This document shows, piece by piece, positions 27,137-36,411 of a stretch of 64,000 nt of DNA; positions within the stretch are counted from its first letter, which is position 1; every line of letters starts with the position of its first letter. The stretch is from an uncultured Actinomycetes bacterium (GTDB lineage Bacteria > Actinomycetota > Coriobacteriia > Anaerosomatales > PHET01). The notes under the pieces were generated by a model that searched no databases, was not told the origin of the DNA, and saw only the letters and a program-made list of their open reading frames with translations. The translations under genes and the position numbers were made by a program. The DNA lies in NCBI GenBank assembly GCA_947085035.1, contig CAMTUW010000006.1, positions 20,484-84,483 of the forward strand, read 5' to 3'.

Positions 27137-27565
27137 ATGTTTCGGAACAGCGCCATCCTGACACGCTCCGGGCCGATGGAGCGCTGGCTGCCCATTGCGG
27201 GCATCGCGGCTGCAGTGGGTGCACTTGCGCTGTTCGCCTCTGGGTGGGGGCACCTGATTCCACCGTGTCTGTTGCGCGAGTTCACCGGCACCTTGTGTCC
27301 GGGATGCGGGAGCGGGCGGGTGGCCCGCGCGTTTCTCGCACTTGATCTTTCCGCTGCGTGGAAGGCGAACCCGCTTGTCGTTCTCGCGCTCCCACCTACC
27401 GCGTACGGGCTCGTGCGAGAAGCGTTGCTGTCGTGGGGAGTGGCGCGACTCCCGTGGCCGCGACTTCGACCGTGGTGGGGATGGGCGTTGCTGGTCGGGG
27501 TACTCGCGTTCTGGGCGCTCAGGAACGTGGACTTCTGGCCGTTCGTGTTGCTCGCGCCTCGTTAG
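27137..27565 (+). CDS. DUF2752 domain membrane protein
   Basis: 142 aa. Hallmark CPGCGSGRA motif (TLCPGCGSGRVARAF). 3 nt after the CD225 gene. Confidence 0.7.
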   Translation: MFRNSAILTRSGPMERWLPIAGIAAAVGALALFASGWGHLIPPCLLREFTGTLCPGCGSGRVARAFLALDLSAAWKANPLVVLALPPTAYGLVREALLSWGVARLPWPRLRPWWGWALLVGVLAFWALRNVDFWPFVLLAPR

Positions 27566-28230
27566 GTTCCGCTTGTAGGCAGCGTCACTGTCACAGTCGC
27601 CCCGCCGCCCTCACGCTCCGATATCGAGACCTGGCCTCCGTGACGGCTCGCCACGCTGTTCACAACCGTGAGCCCCAGACCGTTGCCGTACGTCTCCTGG
27701 TCTCGTTCCAGCCGGGCGAAGGGCTCAAGAACCATCGAGCGATCGCGTTCTGGAATCCCCGGCCCACGGTCGCTGACCTCGACGGTCACCCTATCGCCAT
27801 GTGCGAGTATCCGCAGGTCGATGGGTCCGCTCGGCGCGTACTTCGCCGCGTTACCGAGCAGATTCTCGATCAGACGCGTTATGGCTGAGGCCTCTGCGTG
27901 AATCATGAGACCCGGACGGGAGTCGACGATCACTTCGCGATCGAAACTGACGGACGCGTCGGCGACCGCGCGCCTCGCGATGCCGTCGAGGTCGACCGTT
28001 TCGAACGACTCCGTTTCGTGCGATCCTCCCGCCATCGTGTGCGCGATCAGCTTGTCGGCCCGGTGAACAGCGAGCTCGATACCCTCGATCGCCTCGCGAC
28101 GAGCGTCGTTGCCCAGATCGGCATGGCGCAGCAACGCCGCATAGCCGACGATCACGGTCAGGGCGCCCCGGAGATCATGAGCGCACAGCGCCAGATCCTC
28201 GGCGCTGGGCATTCGGCGTTGCTCCGTCAT
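27562..28230 (-). CDS. Soluble sensor histidine kinase (HisKA plus HATPase_c, no TM or sensor domain)
   Basis: 222 aa. H-box CAHDLRGAL, N-box ENLLGNAAKYA, G1 DRGPGIP, G2 GNGLGL. Confidence 0.8.
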   Translation of the reverse strand: MTEQRRMPSAEDLALCAHDLRGALTVIVGYAALLRHADLGNDARREAIEGIELAVHRADKLIAHTMAGGSHETESFETVDLDGIARRAVADASVSFDREVIVDSRPGLMIHAEASAITRLIENLLGNAAKYAPSGPIDLRILAHGDRVTVEVSDRGPGIPERDRSMVLEPFARLERDQETYGNGLGLTVVNSVASRHGGQVSISEREGGGATVTVTLPTSGT

Positions 28231-28278
28231 GCGGTCTCCCCCGATGTTGATGTCCTTGTGCGGTGTAATGGTACCCCC

Positions 28279-28307
28279 TTGACGTGGTATCCCGACCAGC
28301 CTAGTAT
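28279..28307 (+). promoter_or_regulatory. Candidate sigma-70-type promoter of feoAB
   Basis: TTGACG (28279-28284), 17-nt spacer, TAGTAT (28302-28307), about 50 nt upstream of the feoA ATG. Confidence 0.5.
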
Positions 28308-28359
28308 GTGCGCACGGAATGAATTAGCATGTACGAAGCCTCTCGCAAGGAGATCCGCC

Positions 28360-28662
28360 ATGGCACACATCGAAGACGCCACCTCCGGCCATGTGACGTG
28401 TGAGTCGTGCTCGCTCGCAAGTGCCCGCAAGGGCGAGCACTTCGAGATCATGGCCGTCGATGACGATTTCGCGCGCATCCAGGCGCTTCGTTTCGGCATG
28501 TCCGAGGGCTCGTGCGTCGAGTGCGTCACGCGCATCCCCGCCGGCCCGATCGTGGTGATGAGCGGTCGTCAGGAAATCGCCGTTGGCCGTGGGCTTGCCG
28601 AGCGAATCCAGGTGCGCAAGCGCCATCACGGCCACCATCGCGACGAGCACGCCACCAGCTAG
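28360..28662 (+). CDS. feoA: FeoA-domain protein with His-rich tail
   Basis: ATG at 28360 after AAGGAG. The rest of track ORF 27898..28662 is antisense to the kinase. FeoA-like FEIMAVDDD...RFGMSEGSCVECV...GPIVVMSGRQEIAVGRGLAERIQV. Tail is HHGHHRDEH. Confidence 0.8.
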   Translation: MAHIEDATSGHVTCESCSLASARKGEHFEIMAVDDDFARIQALRFGMSEGSCVECVTRIPAGPIVVMSGRQEIAVGRGLAERIQVRKRHHGHHRDEHATS

Positions 28663-28716
28663 CTCTTCTCGCACACCTCACTCGCGAAACCGGAACGCTC
28701 GAACAAAGGAGTCACC

Positions 28717-30603
28717 ATGCCCCGCTCCACCGAGGCGCCTAAATCTGCCGACGCGCTCTGTCACGGCCACCCGACAGGTACCGTCGCTCGAGAAGGCGTC
28801 GAAACGATCGTGCTGGCGGGCAATCCAAACGTGGGCAAGTCGGTCGTCTTCAACGCGTTCACCGGCACATATGTAGACGTCTCGAACTTCCCCGGCACGA
28901 CCGTCGAGCTCACGCGCGGACGTTTCGGGGACATCGACGTCGTTGACACGCCAGGCGTCTACGGCGTGTCGAGCTTCAACGACGAGGAGCGAGTCGCCCG
29001 CGACATCATCTTGACCGGTGACGTCGTCGTGAACGTCGTCGACGCGGTGCATCCGGAGCGAGACCTCTTCTTGACGCTTCAACTCGTCGACATGGGCAAG
29101 CGCATGGTCGTCGCGCTGAACATGGCCGATGAGGCCCGCAAGCGCGGAGTGGGGATCGACCGCGACCTTCTCGAGGACCTGCTCGGTGTGCCGGTCATCG
29201 AGACGGTGGCCGTGTCCGGAGAAGGCCTCGAGAACCTCAAGGCGTCGATCTGCGAGGCACGCGTCGGTCATCCCGGTCACGACATCGAGGCCCAGCTCGT
29301 CGAGATGGCGGCGCGAGTAGGGTCGCGCGCCGAGGCGCTGATGGTGCTCGAGGGCGACCCCATCGTGAGCGAGCGTCACGGTGTCGAGCCCGGGACCGGG
29401 CGTGACGCGATCTACCTGCGCCGCCGTGATCGCGTCAACGACATCTGCGGCCATGTCGTCACCGAAACCAAGCAGGGTGCGTCGTTCTCCACGAGGTTGA
29501 GCCAGTGGATGATGCATCCGGCGACCGGGATTCCGATGCTCCTTGGCCTCATGTACGTGATGTGGGTCGTCTTGGGCCAGTGGGTCGCGGGCGGACTCGT
29601 GGGCGTGCTGGAAGAGACGTTGATGCTCGGCTACTGGGTACCCTTCGTCGAAGACGCCGTTGGCAGTGTCTTCGCACAGGGCTCGGTGCTTTTCACGATA
29701 CTGGCCGGCGAGTTCGGGGTTCTCACCATGACCCCCACGTATCTCATCGGCGTCATACTGCCCCTTGTCACAGGCTTCTACCTGCTGCTCTCGGTACTCG
29801 AGGACTCGGGCTACCTGCCGCGGATCGCGGCGCTGGCGGACCGGTCGCTCATGGCGGTGGGACTCAACGGGCGTGCGGTGATCCCGCTGATCCTCGGGCT
29901 GGGCTGCGTGACGATGGGCACGCTCACGACCCGCATCCTCGGTTCCAAGCGTGAGCGCTTCATCGCCACCGCGCTCATGGCGATCGCGGTGCCGTGCTCC
30001 GCGCAGATCGCGGTCATCGCGGGACTGATGGCGCGCACTGGATGGCTCTACTCGGCGCTCTATGTAGGCTTCCTGCTGTTCGTGTTCGGCGCTGTGGGTG
30101 CCGTGCTCAACAAGTTGGTGCCCGGGCAGTCGACCGACCTCCTCATCGACTTGCCGTCACTGCGGACTCCGCGGCTCGACAACGTCGTGCGCAAGAGCGG
30201 CATCAAGGTCTGGAACTTCATGAAGGAGGTCACGCTCTTCTTCGCGGCGGGCGCGGTGTTGATCTCCGTGCTCGAGGTGACCGGGTCGTTGGATTGGATC
30301 ATCCGGGTGGCCGCACCCCTCACCGTGGGTTGGCTCGGACTGCCCGCAGAGGCGGCGACCGCCTTCGTCATGGGCTTCGTGCGTCGCGATTTCGGAGCGA
30401 CCGGCTTCTTCACGATGAATCTCACTGACGCGCAGTTGTTGGTCGGGATGATCACGATCACGCTGTTCGTGCCGTGTATCGCCAGCGCGATGGTGATTCT
30501 CAAGGAGCGTGGCTGGGGCTACTTCGCGGGGCTGTTCGCGGGCTCGATAGTGATCGCCTTCATCATGGGTGGCGTCGTCGCTCGTGTAGCGGGGGTGCTG
30601 TAG
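28717..30603 (+). CDS. feoB: Ferrous iron transporter FeoB
   Basis: 628 aa. G-domain GNPNVGKS and DTPG, followed by a polytopic permease domain. AAAGGAG SD. Confidence 0.93.
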   Translation: MPRSTEAPKSADALCHGHPTGTVAREGVETIVLAGNPNVGKSVVFNAFTGTYVDVSNFPGTTVELTRGRFGDIDVVDTPGVYGVSSFNDEERVARDIILTGDVVVNVVDAVHPERDLFLTLQLVDMGKRMVVALNMADEARKRGVGIDRDLLEDLLGVPVIETVAVSGEGLENLKASICEARVGHPGHDIEAQLVEMAARVGSRAEALMVLEGDPIVSERHGVEPGTGRDAIYLRRRDRVNDICGHVVTETKQGASFSTRLSQWMMHPATGIPMLLGLMYVMWVVLGQWVAGGLVGVLEETLMLGYWVPFVEDAVGSVFAQGSVLFTILAGEFGVLTMTPTYLIGVILPLVTGFYLLLSVLEDSGYLPRIAALADRSLMAVGLNGRAVIPLILGLGCVTMGTLTTRILGSKRERFIATALMAIAVPCSAQIAVIAGLMARTGWLYSALYVGFLLFVFGAVGAVLNKLVPGQSTDLLIDLPSLRTPRLDNVVRKSGIKVWNFMKEVTLFFAAGAVLISVLEVTGSLDWIIRVAAPLTVGWLGLPAEAATAFVMGFVRRDFGATGFFTMNLTDAQLLVGMITITLFVPCIASAMVILKERGWGYFAGLFAGSIVIAFIMGGVVARVAGVL

Positions 30604-30605
30604 TC

Positions 30606-30818
30606 ATGGCCTCTCTGTCGCTGTGTCCGTCGTGCGGCCTTGAGTCGAGCGAGATCCGCTGTCCTCGCTGTAACACGCTCAAGGTGGTCGGCTGCACAGG
30701 CGGTTGTCTTGGCTGCGGATCGAAGAAGCCGTGCCCGACGGAATCGAAGACCGCAGGCTCGCTCAGAGCGGGCGAACAGGGCTTCTCGGAAGGCACGAGC
30801 TGCTCGTCAACGGATTGA
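30606..30818 (+). CDS. Small Cys-rich protein downstream of feoB (zinc-ribbon-like; possible Feo accessory)
   Basis: ATG at 30606, 2 nt after the feoB stop codon (30601-30603). 70 aa with 10 Cys: CPSCG...CPRCN...GCTGGCLGCGSKKPC. No SD seen. Part of track ORF 30474..30818. Confidence 0.45.
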   Translation: MASLSLCPSCGLESSEIRCPRCNTLKVVGCTGGCLGCGSKKPCPTESKTAGSLRAGEQGFSEGTSCSSTD

Positions 30819-30940
30819 TGGTGTCGTGAGCGCCGCGTTGGCGTATCATTCGCTCAGCCCAGCACTGCACTTGGTACAACACCTTTGTCACGGGGCGGGA
30901 AAGCGCTGTCCCGACGCCAAGCACGAAGAAGGGAATCAAC

Positions 30941-31486
30941 ATGTCCGAGCAGGCACAGACCAATTCGCAGCAGACACTCGTCATCGGCCTCGTGGTGATC
31001 GCTGCGTTGCTGGCCGCCATCGTCGGGGTCATCATCTACCAGCAGAGCACCGCGCTGCCTGCCCCGAACGTGCAGGCCACGCCTCAGACGCCCGAGCAGC
31101 AGACTCCTCCCGCCGGGATGGGCCAGTCCGCCCCCGTCGCGTTCGATCCCAAGGTGGCCACGAAGCTCGATAAGGGCGTAGAGCCCGAGGAGTGGGTCAA
31201 GCAGTACTACGAGGCGTGTGACAAAGACGACTGGCAGGGTGCGTTCAGCAGATTGCCGGCCGCCAAGAAGACCGGAAACTCGCCTGATGCTCTCAAGGAG
31301 CAGGTGAGCCAGTACGGGATCAAAGGCTTCAAGATCACGAGCGCGAAGATCGAGGGCGATAAGGCGTCGGTCTTGGTCGATCAGGTCACCGGTCAGTACG
31401 GCACGTTCGAGAACACCTGGACGTTTACCAAGGTCGATGGCGAGTGGCTCGTCGAGAACAAGGCAGTCACCGGCATGAGGCAATAG
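30941..31486 (+). CDS. Hypothetical membrane-anchored protein (NTF2/DUF4878-like C-terminal fold suspected)
   Basis: 181 aa. N-terminal TM LVIGLVVIAALLAAIVGVIIY, Pro/Gln-rich linker, globular C-terminus. Confidence 0.6.
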   Translation: MSEQAQTNSQQTLVIGLVVIAALLAAIVGVIIYQQSTALPAPNVQATPQTPEQQTPPAGMGQSAPVAFDPKVATKLDKGVEPEEWVKQYYEACDKDDWQGAFSRLPAAKKTGNSPDALKEQVSQYGIKGFKITSAKIEGDKASVLVDQVTGQYGTFENTWTFTKVDGEWLVENKAVTGMRQ

Positions 31487-31532
31487 AACAGATCACGCAC
31501 GCGGGCCTTTCGGCTCACGCGCCGCGAGTCAC

Positions 31533-31562
31533 GAGACGGCCGTCCCTGGGGGCGGTCGTCTC
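31533..31562 (+). terminator. Hairpin after 30941..31486
   Basis: gagacggccg (31533-31542) pairs with cggtcgtctc (31553-31562) with one mismatch. Followed by gcatttc (weak U-tract). Confidence 0.35.
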
Positions 31563-31610
31563 GCATTTCGGGGCATCCGCGCGTCAGACCTGGATGCTAC
31601 GCTGGCGCGC

Positions 31611-34499
31611 ATGGACAACGCAGCCCTGAGAAGCATCATAGTTCCCGGAACCGACCCCGACGTCGTCGCGGTGTATGAGTCGTTGGCTGAGCGCGGAGCC
31701 CGTGACCTGTACGGCTTCGAGGACGAGGTGTGCGTGCTCGATGTCGAGACGACCGGCTACGATCCCGCGCGCGATCGGTTGATCGAGGTCGCTGCGGCGG
31801 TGATGCGCGGCCCGGAGGTCCTTGACCGATTCCAGACGCTCGTCGACCCCGGCGTGCCGGTTCCACTCGAGATCACCAAGCTCACCGGCATCGATGACGA
31901 GATGCTTGTCGGCGCGCCCAGTCCTGACAGAGCGGTGAGCGAGCTGTGCGCGTTCGTGGGTGCGCGAGACATCGTCGCCCATCATGCGGCATTCGACCGG
32001 TCGTTCGTCGAGCGGGTGGCGGGTACCGGGACCCTCACCGGCACCTGGCTCGACTCGCTCACCTTCGCGCGCATCGGGCTGCCTCGCATGCGCAGCCATC
32101 GGCTCGTCGATCTTGCGGCCGCTTTCGCTCCGGGAGCAGCGGCTCGTGCGCATCGCGCTCCCGAAGACGTCGCCGCGCTGTGCGCGGTGTGGCGGGTCGC
32201 GCTTGCCGGTGTAGCCGCGCTGGACCCCGGGGTCCTCGAGCGGATCGCGCATCTCGCTCTGGAAGCCGCGTGGCCGGAACGTGAGTGGCTGACCCGCATC
32301 AGTGCGGGGGTGGGTCATGCGCCCTACGACCTCAGGGAAGTGCGGCGCGCACGTGTCGCGAGCGACAAGGCCGAGGTGCTCCACGATGCCGATGAGGTCG
32401 CGTGCACCTTCCCATCGGTCGAGCGGGTTGTGGCGGAGTTCAGCGAGAGCGGTCTTGCCGGTCGCATGTATGAGGGCTACGAGCAGCGCGACGAGCAGGT
32501 TCAGATGGCCGAGGCGGTGCTCGGGGCCTTCGAGAGCTCGACGCACGTGGCCATAGAGGCGGGCACCGGCGTGGGGAAGTCCGTGGCGTATCTGGTGCCC
32601 GCTGCGCTCTTCTCGCTGGAGAACCGCGTGAGCGTCGGAGTTGCGACCAAGACCAACGCGCTCATGGATCAGCTGGTCTACCACGAGTTACCGCGACTCA
32701 ACGACGCTTTGGGTGGAGGTCTGCGCCATGTGGCCCTGAAGGGCTACGACCATTATCCATGCCTGCGCAAGATCGAACGATTCGCCGCCGAGCTCAACGA
32801 GAGCTCCGAGACCGACAGGATCGTGATCGTCGCGATGCTTCTCGCGTGGACGAGTCAGTCATCCTGGGGCGATCTGGACGCGGTGAACACCCATTGGACG
32901 CGGGAGGTTCGCCCGCTGGTGCAGGCGAGCCAGGCGGACTGTCTCCGGAAGCGGTGCCGCTACTTCCCGAACCTGTGTTACCTGCATGGCGTGAGGCGTC
33001 GAGCCTCCAGTGCCCATGTGGTGGTCACGAATCACGCGCTGCTCTTTCGCGATGTCGTAGCGGACGGGCAGATCCTGCCCTCGATTCGCCATTGGATCAT
33101 CGATGAGGCGCATTCGGTCGAGGACGAGGCGCGCAAGCAGCTCACACTCACAGCCAGCCATGTGGAGCTCGCCGCCGTGCTCGGCGCGCTTCACGGGAGC
33201 CGTGGGGGCCTTCTCGACGTGGTGCGCCGCGGGCTTGCGGGTCAAGAGAAGGCGGCGCCGCTGCTGGGCGTGGTTGCTCGCATGGAGGACGCGTGCGGGC
33301 GTTGCGCGACGCTTACGGCGTCGCTGTTCGACTTCGTGAAAGACCTCGCTTCGCTGGCCGGGGCGAGCGACTATGATTCGGCTGACCTGTGGCTTGACGC
33401 TCGGGTGCGTGATTCGGGGGCGTGGGGCACGGTGGCGACGACCGGGCGTTCGCTCGCCAAGCGACTCGAGGCGCTGATCGCGGACGGACGCGAGCTGATG
33501 ACGCAGCTTGAGGCGCTGGGTCCGGACCACACCGACCAGCGTGCCGACCTCGCGGGTCTCCTCACGCGACTCGCCGATCAACACCTCGGACTCGTCGAGG
33601 TGATCGGTGGCGAGAACACGGACCTGTTCTACTCGGCGAAGCTCGACCGCCGACGGACGGTCACCACCGAGCAGCTCATCTCGGCGCGGCTTGACGTGGG
33701 CCGGGCGCTCGCCGAGGAGTTCTACCCCAACGCGCGCAGCGTCGTGTTCACCTCGGCGACCATCGCGATGGGCGAGTCGTTCGAGCATTTCGCGCGCAGC
33801 GTGGGCCTCGACGCCGAGGAGGGTCCGCGGTGGCGTGCGCTCAGGCTCGCGTCAAGCTACGACTTCGAGCGACAGATGGCCGTCTTCGTGCCCACGGACA
33901 TCGCCTCGCCCAAAGAGCCGGGCTATCTGCGCGATCTGGAGAACCTGCTCGAAGGCGTACATGTCGCGATGGGGGGCAGCGTGCTCACGCTGTTCACCAA
34001 TCGTCGCGAGATGGAGCGGGTTCACGCTGTGCTCGCTCCGCGCCTGCGGGTACGCGGGCTCGACGTGATCGCGCAGTCGCGCGGCACATCGGCGAAGCGG
34101 CTTCGCGACGAGTTCATCGCAGACGAGCACCTCTCGCTGTTCGCCCTGAAGTCGTTTTGGGAGGGGTTCGACGCCAAGGGCGACACGCTGCGCTGCGTCG
34201 TGATCCCAAAGCTGCCGTTCGGCCGCCCCACCGATCCGCTGTCGCAAGAGCGCTCCTTGCGAGAAGGACGCTCATCCTGGCAGCGACATCAGCTTCCCGA
34301 GGCCGTCATCGAGGTGAAACAGGCGGCGGGTCGGCTCATCCGTTCGTCAAACGACGTGGGCTGTCTTGTCATCGCCGACACGCGCGTCGTCAAGATGAGT
34401 TACGGCCAGGCGTTCTGTGCGTCGCTGCCGGTCGCCGATATCGAGCGGATCCCGACCGCGCAGGTGCTCTCGGCGATCGCGCAGCGTTTCGGCCCGTAG
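31611..34499 (+). CDS. dinG: Bifunctional 3'-5' exonuclease / DinG-family ATP-dependent DNA helicase
   Basis: 962 aa. DEDD ExoI VLDVETTGYD, Walker A EAGTGVGKS, DEAH box IIDEAHSV. Cys cluster (CLRKIE...CLRKRCRYFPNLC) is consistent with the XPD/DinG Fe-S domain. Confidence 0.85.
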   Translation: MDNAALRSIIVPGTDPDVVAVYESLAERGARDLYGFEDEVCVLDVETTGYDPARDRLIEVAAAVMRGPEVLDRFQTLVDPGVPVPLEITKLTGIDDEMLVGAPSPDRAVSELCAFVGARDIVAHHAAFDRSFVERVAGTGTLTGTWLDSLTFARIGLPRMRSHRLVDLAAAFAPGAAARAHRAPEDVAALCAVWRVALAGVAALDPGVLERIAHLALEAAWPEREWLTRISAGVGHAPYDLREVRRARVASDKAEVLHDADEVACTFPSVERVVAEFSESGLAGRMYEGYEQRDEQVQMAEAVLGAFESSTHVAIEAGTGVGKSVAYLVPAALFSLENRVSVGVATKTNALMDQLVYHELPRLNDALGGGLRHVALKGYDHYPCLRKIERFAAELNESSETDRIVIVAMLLAWTSQSSWGDLDAVNTHWTREVRPLVQASQADCLRKRCRYFPNLCYLHGVRRRASSAHVVVTNHALLFRDVVADGQILPSIRHWIIDEAHSVEDEARKQLTLTASHVELAAVLGALHGSRGGLLDVVRRGLAGQEKAAPLLGVVARMEDACGRCATLTASLFDFVKDLASLAGASDYDSADLWLDARVRDSGAWGTVATTGRSLAKRLEALIADGRELMTQLEALGPDHTDQRADLAGLLTRLADQHLGLVEVIGGENTDLFYSAKLDRRRTVTTEQLISARLDVGRALAEEFYPNARSVVFTSATIAMGESFEHFARSVGLDAEEGPRWRALRLASSYDFERQMAVFVPTDIASPKEPGYLRDLENLLEGVHVAMGGSVLTLFTNRREMERVHAVLAPRLRVRGLDVIAQSRGTSAKRLRDEFIADEHLSLFALKSFWEGFDAKGDTLRCVVIPKLPFGRPTDPLSQERSLREGRSSWQRHQLPEAVIEVKQAAGRLIRSSNDVGCLVIADTRVVKMSYGQAFCASLPVADIERIPTAQVLSAIAQRFGP

Positions 34500-34502
34500 C
34501 CG

Positions 34503-35444
34503 TTACCCGAGTTCGCGAGCCGTGCGCTCGGCGAGGTCGCGAACCGCAGTCCGCACTTCCGGTGGTCCTACTGCTTCGACGACGCCGACGCGCGCGAGGA
34601 TCCGGCGCGCGATCCACGGTGTGCCCGCGTACGGGACTTCGGCGATGAGCGAGCCGTCGGTCTCCTGCTCGACCACGCGGCCGCCGGGCCACTCGCGCGG
34701 GATGAACGGTACGCCGGGCGAGAAGCGCAATCGTGCGAGCGGCAGCCCCTCAGCGGTGAATGCGCCGCTTGCGTCCGAAGACCGCGCGCGTGCGGCGAAC
34801 CGCTCGTTGGTCGCGACAGACGAGCGGATGCGGTCGACGCGGAAGGTGCGCCACGAGCCGGAGAGTCTGCACCACGCTGTGACGTACCAGGCGCTGCGCT
34901 CGGTGAACAGCGCCACGGGCTCGATCTCGCGCGTCGTGGACTCCTCGCCACCGGGGCGCATGTGTTCGATGGCTACCACGACGTGGTCCTCGACGGCCTT
35001 GGCGAGCGTCTCGTAGACGCCCCGGTCGTGCGTCGCGATCATCGAGCGCAGCGAGTTCTCGACGGAGGCAGCGTCAAAGCCCGCGCTCGCGGCGGCGAGA
35101 AGCCGAGAGGTGAGGGGATCTGCGGCGTCGAAACCGACCGCTTGCAGTGCGGTGGCGAGCGCAGACGCTTCGCTCGCGGAGAGGCGGACCGGACCGCGCA
35201 GCGCGGGCATATCGCCGAAGACGACCACATCGGAGCCTTCGATGACCACCGGGAAGAGCGCGTAGGGGTCGTAGGGCCACACGCCGCACATCGACAACGC
35301 GGTGAGGTCCTGGGCCAGATCGGACGCCGACGTCCCCACCAGCCGGGCCAGATCCTCAAGGGGGATGCGGGTGTCGGGCTTGAGGTGTCCCAGCAACGCG
35401 ATCGTTCTGCGCGCCCGCTCGGAGGTACTCGCTTTCCTAGCCAT
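34503..35444 (-). CDS. HTH plus WYL domain transcriptional regulator (PafC-like)
   Basis: 313 aa. N-terminal HTH, WYL core SAWYVTAWCRLSGSWRTFRVDRI. Overlaps the upstream paralog by 8 nt. Confidence 0.8.
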   Translation of the reverse strand: MARKASTSERARRTIALLGHLKPDTRIPLEDLARLVGTSASDLAQDLTALSMCGVWPYDPYALFPVVIEGSDVVVFGDMPALRGPVRLSASEASALATALQAVGFDAADPLTSRLLAAASAGFDAASVENSLRSMIATHDRGVYETLAKAVEDHVVVAIEHMRPGGEESTTREIEPVALFTERSAWYVTAWCRLSGSWRTFRVDRIRSSVATNERFAARARSSDASGAFTAEGLPLARLRFSPGVPFIPREWPGGRVVEQETDGSLIAEVPYAGTPWIARRILARVGVVEAVGPPEVRTAVRDLAERTARELG

Positions 35445-36411
35445 GGAGCGCCTCCACTTCGCGCAACCGCGTCGAGAGGTCGCGCGCGAGGTCCGCGGGT
35501 CTGACGAGCCGGATGCCCGGCCCGTTCTCGACGATGAAGCGGATCAGTTCGGTTCGCGAGCGAGCGGGAACGACCCACACGACCTCGTCGCCGTCCTGTC
35601 TGAGCGTGCCATGACCTGCGGCCAGCGGGACGGCTCTCCATGCCGAGGCGGGCGAGAACCGCATCTCGGTCTCGAACTCGGTTTCCGCGGGTCCGTACTG
35701 GAACGACTGGCGAACGAATGAGGCGACGTCGAAGTCAGCCGGGCGCTCGAAGTCGGGGGTCTTCGGTGCTCGCGAGTGGGCAACGATCGACGTCATGCGG
35801 TCCACCGTGTAGGTGCGGATCTCGTCGAGAGAGGTGTCTCGACCCACGAGGTACCAGCGGCCGTCGTGGAGGAACAGCCCGAACGGCTCGATTCCGTGCG
35901 GCGCCGAGCGGCCAGACGAATTCGTGTAGTCGAATGAGACGCGTTTGCGGGTCTCGGCAGCTCGGGAAAGCGTCGAGACGACAGTGCCCTGAGACTCGGG
36001 GTTCTCGTCAGCCAACCGGCTTGCAGACGGCCAGCGCTCCGTGTCTGTCTCGGCGGCCATCTTGGCCAGTGCGAGCCTCAGGTCCGTCTCGAAAGGAAAC
36101 GACGGGTCTTCGAGCAACGCGGAGCCGGCCACGCGAATCGAGGCGGCCTCCTCGTCGGAGAGATCCACATGCACGGCGAAGGTCGCAGTCCGGTCAAGCG
36201 AGTAGGATTGATACTCCTCATCGAAGAGAATCGCAAGACCGGCCAGACGCAAGTCGTCTTTATCACGCTCGAACATGCGGGCGAAGGCGAGATCGTCTTG
36301 GTCCGACGGGTAGCCAGCGACCTCACTTCTGATCTCCTCGGCGGTGACGGGTCGCGAGGCGTGGATGAAGTGGAGCGCCAAGTTGAAGATGCGTTCAACA
36401 GCGTCGATCAC
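35437..36411 (-). CDS. HTH plus WYL domain transcriptional regulator (PafB-like)
   Basis: Probable GTG at 36411 after AGGGGG (track ORF extends to 36597). WYL core GRWYLVGRDTSLDEIRTYTVDRM. Confidence 0.75.
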   Translation of the reverse strand: MIDAVERIFNLALHFIHASRPVTAEEIRSEVAGYPSDQDDLAFARMFERDKDDLRLAGLAILFDEEYQSYSLDRTATFAVHVDLSDEEAASIRVAGSALLEDPSFPFETDLRLALAKMAAETDTERWPSASRLADENPESQGTVVSTLSRAAETRKRVSFDYTNSSGRSAPHGIEPFGLFLHDGRWYLVGRDTSLDEIRTYTVDRMTSIVAHSRAPKTPDFERPADFDVASFVRQSFQYGPAETEFETEMRFSPASAWRAVPLAAGHGTLRQDGDEVVWVVPARSRTELIRFIVENGPGIRLVRPADLARDLSTRLREVEALHG

